Origin: Clostridia bacterium
GTDB taxonomy: Bacteria > Bacillota > Clostridia > UMGS1810
DNA length: 64,000 nucleotides
Direction of reading: 5' to 3'
NCBI GenBank assembly: GCA_045644205.1
Contig: JAZRGM010000052.1
Coordinates: 19,859 to 83,858 of the forward strand
Shown: positions 55,099-63,800 of the stretch, in pieces
How the letters are laid out: every line of letters starts with the position of its first letter
Numbering within the stretch: position 1 is the first letter of the stretch
Notes under the pieces: generated by a model
Seen by the model: only the letters and a program-made list of their open reading frames with translations
Databases searched by the model: none
Told to the model about the DNA's origin: nothing
Program-made: the position numbers and the translations under genes

Positions 55099-55665
55099 AT
55101 GAATTTAGCAAACAAAATCACAATGACAAGAATCTGTATGATACCAATCTTTATGATAGCTTATCTTGTTAATTTTCCCTATCATAACCTTGTGGCTTGT
55201 TTAATTTTTGCCCTTGCAGCATTCACCGATGGTGTAGACGGTTATGTAGCAAGAAACTATAAGATGGTAACAGATTTCGGAAAGTTTATCGATCCTTTGG
55301 CAGACAAGCTCTTAATTGCCACAGCTCTTATCTGCTTTGTTGAAGAAAACGAAATTGCAGGCTATATGGCAGTGCTTATAATTGCCCGTGAATTTATCGT
55401 AACAGGATTAAGAACTGTTGCAATGAGTAAGGGTGTTGTAATAGCTGCAAGTATGACAGGTAAAATCAAAACCGTTATTCAGATTATCGCTGTTATCTGC
55501 GTTTTCCTCTTTGGCAACGAACCTGTTTATGGCAATCTCAATATAACATTATTCGGTAATTCCTATACTCCCGGCTACATAGCAATGTTTATTGCAACTA
55601 TCTACACAATCTATTCCGGAATAGAATACCTTGCAAAGAACAAGGAACTCTTAGCCGATCAATAG
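55099..55665 (+). CDS. pgsA: CDP-diacylglycerol--glycerol-3-phosphate 3-phosphatidyltransferase
   Basis: DGVDGYVARNYKMVTDFGKFIDPLADK is the CDP-alcohol phosphatidyltransferase motif. I chose ATG 55099, just after the rimO stop. Confidence 0.9.
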   Translation: MNLANKITMTRICMIPIFMIAYLVNFPYHNLVACLIFALAAFTDGVDGYVARNYKMVTDFGKFIDPLADKLLIATALICFVEENEIAGYMAVLIIAREFIVTGLRTVAMSKGVVIAASMTGKIKTVIQIIAVICVFLFGNEPVYGNLNITLFGNSYTPGYIAMFIATIYTIYSGIEYLAKNKELLADQ

Positions 55666-55683
55666 AATAATAGAAAATATTTT

Positions 55684-55720
55684 GAAATCCGCCTTTGAGG
55701 GCGGATTTCATTACTTTTTA
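55684..55720 (+). terminator. Terminator after pgsA
   Basis: GAAATCCGCC-TTTGAG-GGCGGATTTC stem followed by T-rich sequence. Confidence 0.7.
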
Positions 55721-55795
55721 TTTAAATCTGTTGTACATATATTATAAATGTGATATAATTTTACATGAAATTGACTTTAAAGAGGTGTTTGTTTT

Positions 55796-56893
55796 ATGAA
55801 AAATAAATTGTCAGAAATCGGCAATAATAATCTTATGGAGAATTATAAGAAAACAAACGATATTTTTGCCGATATGCAGGAATTGATTGAAACAACACAA
55901 AAGGCTGCTCACAGAGCTGTTAACACAGTACTTGTTCAACGAAATTGGCTTATTGGGTATAGAATTGCCGAAGAAGAGCTTGGCGATGCTGGTCGTACCG
56001 AGAATTATGGTTTAAATATAATGAAGAAATTGTCTGAACGACTGACAAATGCTTACGGAAAAGGTTTTACAAAAACAAATCTTTACAGTTTCTATTCGTT
56101 TTATAGGATGTTCCCAAACATTTTCCACTCAGTGAGTGGAAAATCTGTATCATTACTTTCCTGGACACACTATCGTGCACTATTACAGGTACACGATACA
56201 GAGGCACGCGAGTGGTATGCAAAAGAAGCTGCAGAACAAACTTGGAGCGTTAGAACACTTCAACGAAACATATCATCACAGTATTATTATCGTTTATTGC
56301 AATCTCAAAAGAAAGAACATACAATAAACGAAATGAAAGAAATAACAGAAGAATATCAGGCCGATAAATTAGAATTTATAAAGAATCCTGTTATTGCTGA
56401 ATTTCTTGGATTAGGAAAAAATTCCGATTTTACAGAAACTGAGCTTGAAAGGAGTATTATTTCAAATCTGCAAAAATTTCTTATGGAAATGGGAAAGGGA
56501 TATGCTTTTGTTGCAAGACAACAACATATCCAAACTGAAAAAGAGGATTATTTTATCGACCTTGTTTTCTATAACTATATTCTCAAATGCTTTGTTTTAA
56601 TCGATCTTAAAACAAAGAAAATCACACATCAAGATGTTGGACAAATGGATATGTATATCAGAATGTATGATGAGATGAAACGAAGCGAAGGTGATAATCC
56701 TACGATAGGTATTGTTCTTTGCTCTGATACAGATGAAGATATTGCAAAGTATTCAGTAATGCATGGAAATGAACAGCTATTTGCAAGTAAATATAAGCTG
56801 TATCTTCCTACTGAAGAGGAATTAAAATCTGAAATTGAAGCCCAAAAAGCTATATTTTATTTGCAGCAGCAGGAAAAAGAAATGGAAGAATAA
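55796..56893 (+). CDS. DUF1016/YhcG-family PD-(D/E)xK nuclease domain protein
   Basis: The N-terminal DUF1016-like helical region (VNTVLVQRNWLIGYRIAEEE, WTHYRALLQV) is followed by the C-terminal nuclease core EDYFIDLVFYNYILKCFVLIDLKTKK. Confidence 0.75.
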   Translation: MKNKLSEIGNNNLMENYKKTNDIFADMQELIETTQKAAHRAVNTVLVQRNWLIGYRIAEEELGDAGRTENYGLNIMKKLSERLTNAYGKGFTKTNLYSFYSFYRMFPNIFHSVSGKSVSLLSWTHYRALLQVHDTEAREWYAKEAAEQTWSVRTLQRNISSQYYYRLLQSQKKEHTINEMKEITEEYQADKLEFIKNPVIAEFLGLGKNSDFTETELERSIISNLQKFLMEMGKGYAFVARQQHIQTEKEDYFIDLVFYNYILKCFVLIDLKTKKITHQDVGQMDMYIRMYDEMKRSEGDNPTIGIVLCSDTDEDIAKYSVMHGNEQLFASKYKLYLPTEEELKSEIEAQKAIFYLQQQEKEMEE

Positions 56894-56942
56894 TATGTGT
56901 GGTTGATAGCTTTTTGAGCTATTAAGTAAAGTATCATTCGAG

Positions 56943-56967
56943 GGACTGTATAATTGCAGTCCTTTTT
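56943..56967 (+). terminator. Weak terminator after the DUF1016 gene
   Basis: GGACTG-8 nt-CAGTCC followed by TTTTT. Confidence 0.45.
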
Positions 56968-57000
56968 ATGTGCATTAGCTATTGTCAAACCTCAAAGAAT

Positions 57001-57026
57001 GTAGGGGACAGTTCTTGCAATGTCCC
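57001..57026. repeat. GTAGGGGAC-N12-GTCCC hairpin, second copy of the motif at 21934-21959
   Basis: Both copies have identical 9-nt left and 5-nt right arms. The loops are 12 nt long with different sequences. Both copies are intergenic. Confidence 0.55.
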
Positions 57027-57055
57027 ACATATAAAATATATATTAATTAAAAAGG

Positions 57056-57095
57056 GAATTTAAGTCCAAAAAGACTTAAATTCCCTTAACTGTTA
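57056..57095 (-). terminator. Terminator of the phosphodiester glycosidase gene (can act bidirectionally)
   Basis: AAGGGAATTTAAGTC-loop-GACTTAAATTCCCTT forms a 15-bp stem with a T-run on the minus strand. Confidence 0.8.
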
Positions 57096-57108
57096 TATAT
57101 AGAATTTT

Positions 57109-59370
57109 TTATTCCACAAACTCAAATTTAATTTCATTTCCTTTAACTGTAAACACAACATATGCACAATATTTCTTTGTTTCAATCATTGTGTCTGTTT
57201 TGTATTCTTCCACCTGACCTGCAGAAATATATGTCACTCCGCTTTCGAAAAAGACTTCGGGCTTGCTTCCTGAATACACATAAAATATGCTCTTTTTGCC
57301 ATTTTTAAAAGCTTCTTTAAACATTGCCTTCATTCGTTTCTCTTCTTCCTTGGGAAGCTCATGGGGAGCTTTTTTTGTTATAAAAACAATGTTTTCCGAA
57401 TCATTTTTCAAATCGCTGTATATTCCTGCCCAATGGGGAGCATTTTTAATCTTTCCGTCGTTTGTGCTTAAGGTAACAAAGCTTGTGCCATCTTTTCTAT
57501 AGATGCTGTAGTCTTTGGCGGTGGTGGTGTTTTCTTCTGCATTTTCTCCGTAGAAATTATCTGTCACATACGCTTTGTCATATCCGCCAAGAAGCTTCAA
57601 TCTTTCAAGAGAGTAAAATCTGTTAAGAAGGGTGGTACCTTTTGGCACACTTCCGCTTATTGCAACTGTGTGTCCATCATTTATCCTGCCTTTAAAAAGA
57701 GATATTATATCAGCTTCCGTTCCAAAAGGAGCTTTCTTTTCAAATGCTTTGCGGTTTATGCTCACATAGTCTTTCTTTCCGTCATATTCACATTCAATAA
57801 CTGCCCCTTCGCCATCCTGAGTAATGCTAAGCTTCCCGTTTGTCACCTTAACCTTATCATTGTCCGATTTCCAGCTTATTAATTCAGGGTTTATATCTAT
57901 TGCATTTCCTTCATCATCATATGCTACTATGCCAATCTCTTTGCTTTCACCTTTTTTAATGCTGATGTCATTATCCAAAATATTTATTGATGAAATTCTG
58001 TCTTTGGCATACACATAAAGCCTGCATATCGCGTCATCCGCTGTGGCATAAACTGCATAGCTTCCTGCCTTTTCGGGAGTGAATTTTCCGCCATCTATAG
58101 TTTTTCCGTCGGCTGTGTAGTATCTAACATTATTCTTTTCAGGATAAAATTCTATTCCATATTCATCAAAGAAATCAGCACTTAAGTTTATGGTGTCTCC
58201 AAGTAAAACCCTTTCCTTGTCAGCTTTAAGTACGCCTGTTTTTGCTTTTGTGCCTTTTTTACCAAAATCCTTTATCCCGATAGCTGTTGAAACAGGTCTT
58301 AAATAGCTTGCACCATTTGCCGCCTTATATTCTCCGTCTGGATTTTTTATAACAAAGGTAGAAGAGCCGCCACCGTCAAGATTAATTGCTTTTTCAGCTC
58401 CCAGACTTATCATAAGCTGAGCCATTTCGGTTTGGGTTAATCCTCTGCAGTCTGCCTCTCTGCCATCTGTAACAGCAAGAATAAGAGTCTTTCCGTCGGC
58501 CTTAATTCCAACAGCGCTTCTTTGGGCATACCCTGTAACATTTCCTGTGAATTTTGCTACCTTGCCTTCGTCAACAAGGAGTGTGTTTCCGCCGGTTGCT
58601 TCCTTTATTCCTTCAATATCAGGGGTAAGATTAAATTCTATTTTAACCTCGTCACCAATTTGAAAGTTATCAAAAAATCCATTTACCTCCGGGTTTGTAA
58701 CAAGCACATACCCTCCCTGAGGAATAGGTGCCGCATCTGATTGAGCCTCTCTTATTTCAACAACTGCATCACTTTTAACAATAAGCTCTTTAAAGCCCTT
58801 TCCCCATGATGTGTCTGCCCATTTGTCGGTGAGCATGGTAATTGCTCCGCCCGATGCAGGAACCTTGTTTATCTGATAGATGGGGCAGGAATATCCCTGG
58901 GGAGAATAAACAGTTGATGTAAATGAAAAATAATCCATAATAATCTCATTATTTTCAGTCAGCACAATGCTTGCCTGATTGTCAAGAGCAGGAGTTGAAA
59001 TAAGCTCTCCGTCTTTATAGGTCATTCCAAGCATATTTGTCTGGTTTGAGCCTGTGTTGAAAAAGTCGGCATTAATAGCCACCGTAGCACCTTCATTTTG
59101 TGCCATAGACTTAACATTCTCCAGATAGCTGCTTCCTTTTTTTGCTGTCATAACCTTAAATTCTGTGTTTGGATTTTCCAAATCAACATATGCAATATAT
59201 GCTTTAATCCATGTATTTTTGGTTAAAATATTTTTATATTGAAAATTAATTCCGTCTGCTATGGTTTTGCTGTAGCCTTCTTCATAAAGATACTGAGCTG
59301 AAGAAGTAAGAGACATTATGCATATGAGACTGCATAGCATAAATGATAAAAATCTTTTCATAAAATCCAT
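57109..59370 (-). CDS. Secreted phosphodiester glycosidase (NAGPA/DUF2233) family protein with an Ig-like domain and a C-terminal extension
   Basis: A signal peptide is present. INADFFN and AINLDGGGSSTF are DUF2233 hallmarks. A Big_2-like segment reads ISIKKGESKEIGIVAYDDEGNAIDINPELISWKSDNDKVKVTNGKL. Confidence 0.75.
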   Translation of the reverse strand: MDFMKRFLSFMLCSLICIMSLTSSAQYLYEEGYSKTIADGINFQYKNILTKNTWIKAYIAYVDLENPNTEFKVMTAKKGSSYLENVKSMAQNEGATVAINADFFNTGSNQTNMLGMTYKDGELISTPALDNQASIVLTENNEIIMDYFSFTSTVYSPQGYSCPIYQINKVPASGGAITMLTDKWADTSWGKGFKELIVKSDAVVEIREAQSDAAPIPQGGYVLVTNPEVNGFFDNFQIGDEVKIEFNLTPDIEGIKEATGGNTLLVDEGKVAKFTGNVTGYAQRSAVGIKADGKTLILAVTDGREADCRGLTQTEMAQLMISLGAEKAINLDGGGSSTFVIKNPDGEYKAANGASYLRPVSTAIGIKDFGKKGTKAKTGVLKADKERVLLGDTINLSADFFDEYGIEFYPEKNNVRYYTADGKTIDGGKFTPEKAGSYAVYATADDAICRLYVYAKDRISSINILDNDISIKKGESKEIGIVAYDDEGNAIDINPELISWKSDNDKVKVTNGKLSITQDGEGAVIECEYDGKKDYVSINRKAFEKKAPFGTEADIISLFKGRINDGHTVAISGSVPKGTTLLNRFYSLERLKLLGGYDKAYVTDNFYGENAEENTTTAKDYSIYRKDGTSFVTLSTNDGKIKNAPHWAGIYSDLKNDSENIVFITKKAPHELPKEEEKRMKAMFKEAFKNGKKSIFYVYSGSKPEVFFESGVTYISAGQVEEYKTDTMIETKKYCAYVVFTVKGNEIKFEFVE

Positions 59371-59458
59371 CCTTTCAATGCAATAATAACATATGAAAAA
59401 AACATTTAAAAGTAGTTTATTAAAGCTTTAAAAAAAATGTAATATTACCTGTATTTGG

Positions 59459-59487
59459 TTGACTAAAAATCAGTTAAATGATATAAT
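59459..59487 (+). promoter_or_regulatory. Promoter of the envelope-polysaccharide gene cluster
   Basis: TTGACT (59459-59464), a 17-nt spacer, then TATAAT (59482-59487). The tracked TTG start codon is the -35 box. Confidence 0.6.
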
Positions 59488-59521
59488 TGATATAATTATA
59501 AGTATGTTATGGAGGAATAGT

Positions 59522-60064
59522 GTGAATATCCGCTCATTTTCAATAAATTCCCTTTCTGTGATAAGGGGAGCTTTGAATAGGTATAAATTTAGTTCCTGCG
59601 GAAAACTTCTTCGCATTGAAAAAAATGTGAGAATATGGAAACAGCGCGGTGAAATCGTTTTGGGTGACAGAGTTCTTCTTCATAGGGGAGTTAAGCTAAG
59701 CTGTCTTGGCGGTGAAAATAAAGCCATAATAAAAATCGGCAATTGTTCATATATCGGCGACCGGACGGAAATTCACTCAGGAAACTTAGTGGAAATAGGA
59801 AATGGCTGCAATATCTCCTGGAACTGCACCATTCTAGACCGCGACTATCATAAGCTTTGCTCCGATGAAGAAATAATAAAGCCTGTTAAAATCTGCGATA
59901 ATGTGTGGATAGGTTGCGGCTGCATAATCCTCAAAGGAGTTACAATAGGTGAGGGTGCAGTTGTTGCGGCAGGCTCTGTTGTAACAAAGGATGTTCCTCC
60001 CAAAACTTTAGTTGGCGGAAATCCTGCCAGAATCATTAAATCCGATATAACTTGGAAACCCTAA
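59522..60064 (+). CDS. Hexapeptide-repeat (LbH) O-acetyltransferase
   Basis: Left-handed beta-helix repeats ...[13 protein letters not shown]...[45 protein letters not shown] are present. I preferred GTG 59522, which lies 6 nt after GGAGG. ATG 59504 is an alternative. Confidence 0.8.
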   Translation: MNIRSFSINSLSVIRGALNRYKFSSCGKLLRIEKNVRIWKQRGEIVLGDRVLLHRGVKLSCLGGENKAIIKIGNCSYIGDRTEIHSGNLVEIGNGCNISWNCTILDRDYHKLCSDEEIIKPVKICDNVWIGCGCIILKGVTIGEGAVVAAGSVVTKDVPPKTLVGGNPARIIKSDITWKP

Positions 60065-60077
60065 CGGTGGTGTTATT

Positions 60078-61637
60078 TTGAAAAAAACTAATTTTCTTTC
60101 TGCCATAGGCTCTGTTATGGTTATTATGATAGCTTCGAGACTATTGGCACTATTTTCGAGTCAGGTTTATATGTCTGTCTTCGGAACTGATAATATCTAT
60201 ATAAATATATATTCCTATGCAATTAATATTCCAAATATAATCTTCACCTGTATAGGCACAGCCCTCTCAACTGTGGTCATTCCCATATATGTGGGCCATA
60301 GGGCAACAGGGGAAAATGATAAGGCGAAAAAATTTGCCGATAATATCATTTCCGTATCCCTTGTGCTGACATTTATCCTGGTCATCTTCGGAATTTGCAT
60401 ATCGCCTCTTTTAGTAAATTTTACAGGCTTTTCAAAGGATGCCGATTCAAAAGTGTATGCCACAAAGGCTCTGATGATAGTTATGCCCGTTATGTTCTTT
60501 TATGCTCTCAACTATATCTTCCAGGGCATGCTTCAGTCGGAAGGATGCTATAAGCTTCCGGCTTTTGTGAGTGTGCCAAGTTCACTTGTTGTTATATTAT
60601 ATGTGTTTTTACTAAGCGATAGCTTCGGTGTAACAGGGCTTTTATACGCAAGCGTTCTTGGGCTATCCCTGCAGGCTATTATTTTAATTCCGCCTCTCTA
60701 CAGACAGGGCTATCGCTATAGGGTAAGATTTAAACTAAATGACCCCGACATCATAAATGCCGCAAAAATGGCAGTTCCCGTTCTTGTCGGAGTCGGAGCA
60801 TATCAGCTCAATATGCTTTTTAATTCAACCATGATTGCCCGCTACGATAAAAGCATGGTAACAATCCTCACCTTTGTTCAGAATATAACAATCCAGATGG
60901 TTCTGGCCCTTGTATATTCCATCACAGCTGTTATCTATCCGCGCCTTAGCGAAAGCTATGCTAAGGGCGATACAGCATCCTACAAAGAAACCCTTGGCGG
61001 CATATTAAAAAATGTCAGCGTGATTTTAATTCCCCTAACCTTTGGATACATAAGCGTCAGAGAACCCCTTTTAAATCTTCTTGTTGCCTGGGGTAAGGTA
61101 AGCCCCGACGCAGTTAAAAAAGCAGAAATCTTTCTTTCCTTTTATGCAATAGGAATTCTTGGCATAGGTCTTAAGGAAATTCTCGACAGAGCCCTTTATT
61201 CTGTTAAAAACACAAAAATATCCGCAGTAAACGGATTTTTGATAATGTTTGTAAATATAGCTCTCAGCCTTTTGTTTATGCCCCATATAGGAGCCTTTGG
61301 TATTCCTCTTTCTTATTCTCTGGCATCACTTCTGGGTGTTTCCAATCTTTTATTTCAGCTTAAAAGGAAGGTCGGAAGCTATGCAAAAGGTCTTTTAAAG
61401 GAAATATTAAAAAGCATCCTTTTATCTGCTCTTATGTGGATTCTTGTTTATTTTCTGCTGGAAGCTTTAAATATTGTTTTTCCGTCAGAAGGTTTTATCG
61501 CAAGAATAATAAAACTCGGCGCTCCCGCATTTATCGGAGCTTTGTTCTATCTTATTTCGGCATATTTTTTAAAAATCTCCTTTGTACGGGATTTTGCCGA
61601 TAAAATATTTAAAAGAGTGAAAAAGGAGGATGCATAA
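60078..61637 (+). CDS. murJ: MurJ/MviN-family (MOP superfamily) lipid-linked glycan flippase
   Basis: The N-terminus ...IASRLLALFSSQVYMSVFGTDNIYINIYSYAINIPNIIF...GTALSTVVIPIY fits the MurJ pattern. It is a 519-aa polytopic protein with a TTG start. Confidence 0.7.
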   Translation: MKKTNFLSAIGSVMVIMIASRLLALFSSQVYMSVFGTDNIYINIYSYAINIPNIIFTCIGTALSTVVIPIYVGHRATGENDKAKKFADNIISVSLVLTFILVIFGICISPLLVNFTGFSKDADSKVYATKALMIVMPVMFFYALNYIFQGMLQSEGCYKLPAFVSVPSSLVVILYVFLLSDSFGVTGLLYASVLGLSLQAIILIPPLYRQGYRYRVRFKLNDPDIINAAKMAVPVLVGVGAYQLNMLFNSTMIARYDKSMVTILTFVQNITIQMVLALVYSITAVIYPRLSESYAKGDTASYKETLGGILKNVSVILIPLTFGYISVREPLLNLLVAWGKVSPDAVKKAEIFLSFYAIGILGIGLKEILDRALYSVKNTKISAVNGFLIMFVNIALSLLFMPHIGAFGIPLSYSLASLLGVSNLLFQLKRKVGSYAKGLLKEILKSILLSALMWILVYFLLEALNIVFPSEGFIARIIKLGAPAFIGALFYLISAYFLKISFVRDFADKIFKRVKKEDA

Positions 61638-61638
61638 A

Positions 61639-63264
61639 TTGAAAAAAATACTATTTGCCATTTGCTATGCAATGTACTATTTTTTTGCAAGGCATCTTCC
61701 CGGCTCAGATGTGCCCTATAGCATGGGTTCAAAAAAAATCCGCAGATTTTTCTGCCGGGGAATTTTTAAGAAAATGGGCAAAAATGTCAACATAGAGCAC
61801 GGAGTGTTCTTTGGTTCCGGAAGAGAAATCGAAATAGGCAATAATTCCGGCATAGGCACCAACTGCCGCATAGCAGGTCCGCTATCCATCGGCGACGATG
61901 TTATGATAGCACCAAATGTCAGCATCTACACCCGCAACCACGAAACAGAGAATATCTATCGTCCCATGCGTCTCCAGACAGCCCCCCTTAAAAAGGTTAC
62001 CATCGGTAACGATGTGTGGGTGGGAGCAAATGCGATAATTCTCCCCGGAGTAACTATTGGAAACGGATGCATAATAGCGGCCGGAGCTGTTGTAACAAAG
62101 GATGTTCCCGATTTTGCAGTTGCAGGAGGTAATCCTGCAAAAATAATTAAAACACGAACACAAAAGGAAGGTGTACCAAGGATGAAAGTATTATATCTTA
62201 TTAACTACGCAGGAAACGCAGGCACAGAGAAATATGTGTATAATTTAATCAAAACCTATGAAGGCAAAGACACTAAGTGTTATCTTGGCTATAATGTTCC
62301 CGGAAAGCTCTCCGAGGATGTTGAGGCAATGGGAATTCCAACCCTGAGGTTTAATATGCGTCATCCCTTTGATAGAAAGGCTGCTAAAATTCTGGCAGAT
62401 TATTGCCGCGAAAATAATATAGATGTTATTCATGCTCAGTATCCAAGAGAAAACTATATCGCCCTTCTTTCTCAGAAATACTATAGCGGCACAAAGGTTG
62501 TCTACACCTGCCATCTCACTCTTAAAGCAAATTTCTTCTGGACAATAACCAATAAAATAATGACAAAAAATAACCACAAGATAATTTGTGTGTGCAATAA
62601 AAGCAAAGAACTCTTAATGTCTAACGGAATAAACGGTGATAAAATCGAGGTTATTTTTAATGGCATTAAACCCTATGAACATACTCCTGCCAATCCCGAT
62701 TTAAGAAAACAGCTTGGCATAGATGAAGATACCTTTGTTATAACAACTCTTGCCCGCTACAATATTGCAAAAGGGCTTGAGTATTTTGTAAACAGCATTG
62801 AAAAGCTAAAGAAGAAAACAAATAAAAAGTTTGTTCTTTTAATCTTAGGCGAAGGCGAACTCTGGGATAAGATAACAAATTTAATAAAAGAAAAAAATCT
62901 CACCGATGTTATCTATCAGCTTGGCTTCAGAACAGATACTTCCGAAATCTTAAAGATAAGCAACCTCTATGTTAATAGTGCAAAATGCTATGAGGCTCTC
63001 TCATTTGCAATCTTAGAGGGAATGGATGCATCCCTTCCCATAATCGCCACAAATGTTGGCGGCAATGGCGATATCGTGTCTCCCGAAAACGATTGCGGTA
63101 TCCTTGTTGAATATGGCGACACCGAAGAAATGTCCGATGCCATAAAAACCCTTATGGAAGATGAAGCCCTTTGGAAAAAGTATTCCGAAAATGCTTTTAA
63201 GGCTGTAAACGAAGTGTTTAATTTAGATAAGCTTTTAGACGATACCTACAAACTTTATTTCTAA
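61639..63264 (+). CDS. Fusion protein: N-terminal hexapeptide acetyltransferase plus C-terminal GT4-type glycosyltransferase
   Basis: LbH repeats run to ...GGNPAKIIKTRTQ. They continue in frame into MKVLYLINYAGNAGTEKYV... with the GT4 C-domain motif EALSFAILEGMDASLPIIATNVGGNGDIV. I preferred TTG 61639, which lies 9 nt after GGAGG, over the tracked ATG 61630. Confidence 0.75.
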   Translation: MKKILFAICYAMYYFFARHLPGSDVPYSMGSKKIRRFFCRGIFKKMGKNVNIEHGVFFGSGREIEIGNNSGIGTNCRIAGPLSIGDDVMIAPNVSIYTRNHETENIYRPMRLQTAPLKKVTIGNDVWVGANAIILPGVTIGNGCIIAAGAVVTKDVPDFAVAGGNPAKIIKTRTQKEGVPRMKVLYLINYAGNAGTEKYVYNLIKTYEGKDTKCYLGYNVPGKLSEDVEAMGIPTLRFNMRHPFDRKAAKILADYCRENNIDVIHAQYPRENYIALLSQKYYSGTKVVYTCHLTLKANFFWTITNKIMTKNNHKIICVCNKSKELLMSNGINGDKIEVIFNGIKPYEHTPANPDLRKQLGIDEDTFVITTLARYNIAKGLEYFVNSIEKLKKKTNKKFVLLILGEGELWDKITNLIKEKNLTDVIYQLGFRTDTSEILKISNLYVNSAKCYEALSFAILEGMDASLPIIATNVGGNGDIVSPENDCGILVEYGDTEEMSDAIKTLMEDEALWKKYSENAFKAVNEVFNLDKLLDDTYKLYF

Positions 63265-63280
63265 AACGGAGGAATTAAAA

Positions 63281-63757
63281 ATGGAAAATAAAAAATTCAG
63301 ATTCAATTTTGTTGATGCTGTTGTAATCCTTGCATTAGTTGCAGTTGTAGCCTTTGTTGTTTTGCAGCTTTCAAATGGCATTTTAGATGCTTCAGGAAGC
63401 TCCGCTACCTATAGAATGACCTTCTATACAGAAGAATCCACAATGTATTCCCTTGAAAATGTTAAAGAAGGTGACCCCGTTTGCGATGAATCAAATGATG
63501 TTGACCTTGGAAAGGTTGTAAGCAAAGAATTTACCGATAAATCCCATGCTCAGCTCGAAACAGCTGACGGAACCTATGTTGAAGCATCCCGTCCCGGCTA
63601 TGGCTCAGGCTCAGTTGTATTTGAAGGCGAAGGCACAGCCTATCAGTATGGTGCAAAATTTGACAACTCAAAATATAGCGTAGGGCAAACAGTTACCTTA
63701 AGAGTCGGCTCATCAAAGCTCTATGGCAGAATCAAAGCAATAGAAGTTATCAAGTAA
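63281..63757 (+). CDS. DUF4330-like membrane-anchored protein
   Basis: An N-terminal TM helix (FNFVDAVVILALVAVVAFVVL) is followed by a beta-rich domain. The size and position resemble DUF4330 proteins in polysaccharide loci. Confidence 0.5.
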   Translation: MENKKFRFNFVDAVVILALVAVVAFVVLQLSNGILDASGSSATYRMTFYTEESTMYSLENVKEGDPVCDESNDVDLGKVVSKEFTDKSHAQLETADGTYVEASRPGYGSGSVVFEGEGTAYQYGAKFDNSKYSVGQTVTLRVGSSKLYGRIKAIEVIK

Positions 63758-63800
63758 TATCTTAGCGCTTTAAAAAATAAAAAGAAAGGAGGGGGCATGA

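Noticed and set aside
59459-59521. TTG 59459 as the start of the acetyltransferase (tracked 201-aa ORF).
   Set aside because: That TTG is the first half of a TTGACT -35 box paired with TATAAT at 59482-59487. A GGAGG RBS at 59511-59515 serves GTG 59522.
61630-61638. ATG 61630 as the start of the acetyltransferase-GT4 fusion, and the alternative reading of the ORF as two separate genes.
   Set aside because: ATG 61630 abuts the GGAGG with no spacer, whereas TTG 61639 has 9-nt spacing and gives a typical MKKILF N-terminus. No in-frame stop separates the LbH and GT4 halves. The fusion is therefore kept, but flagged for resequencing.
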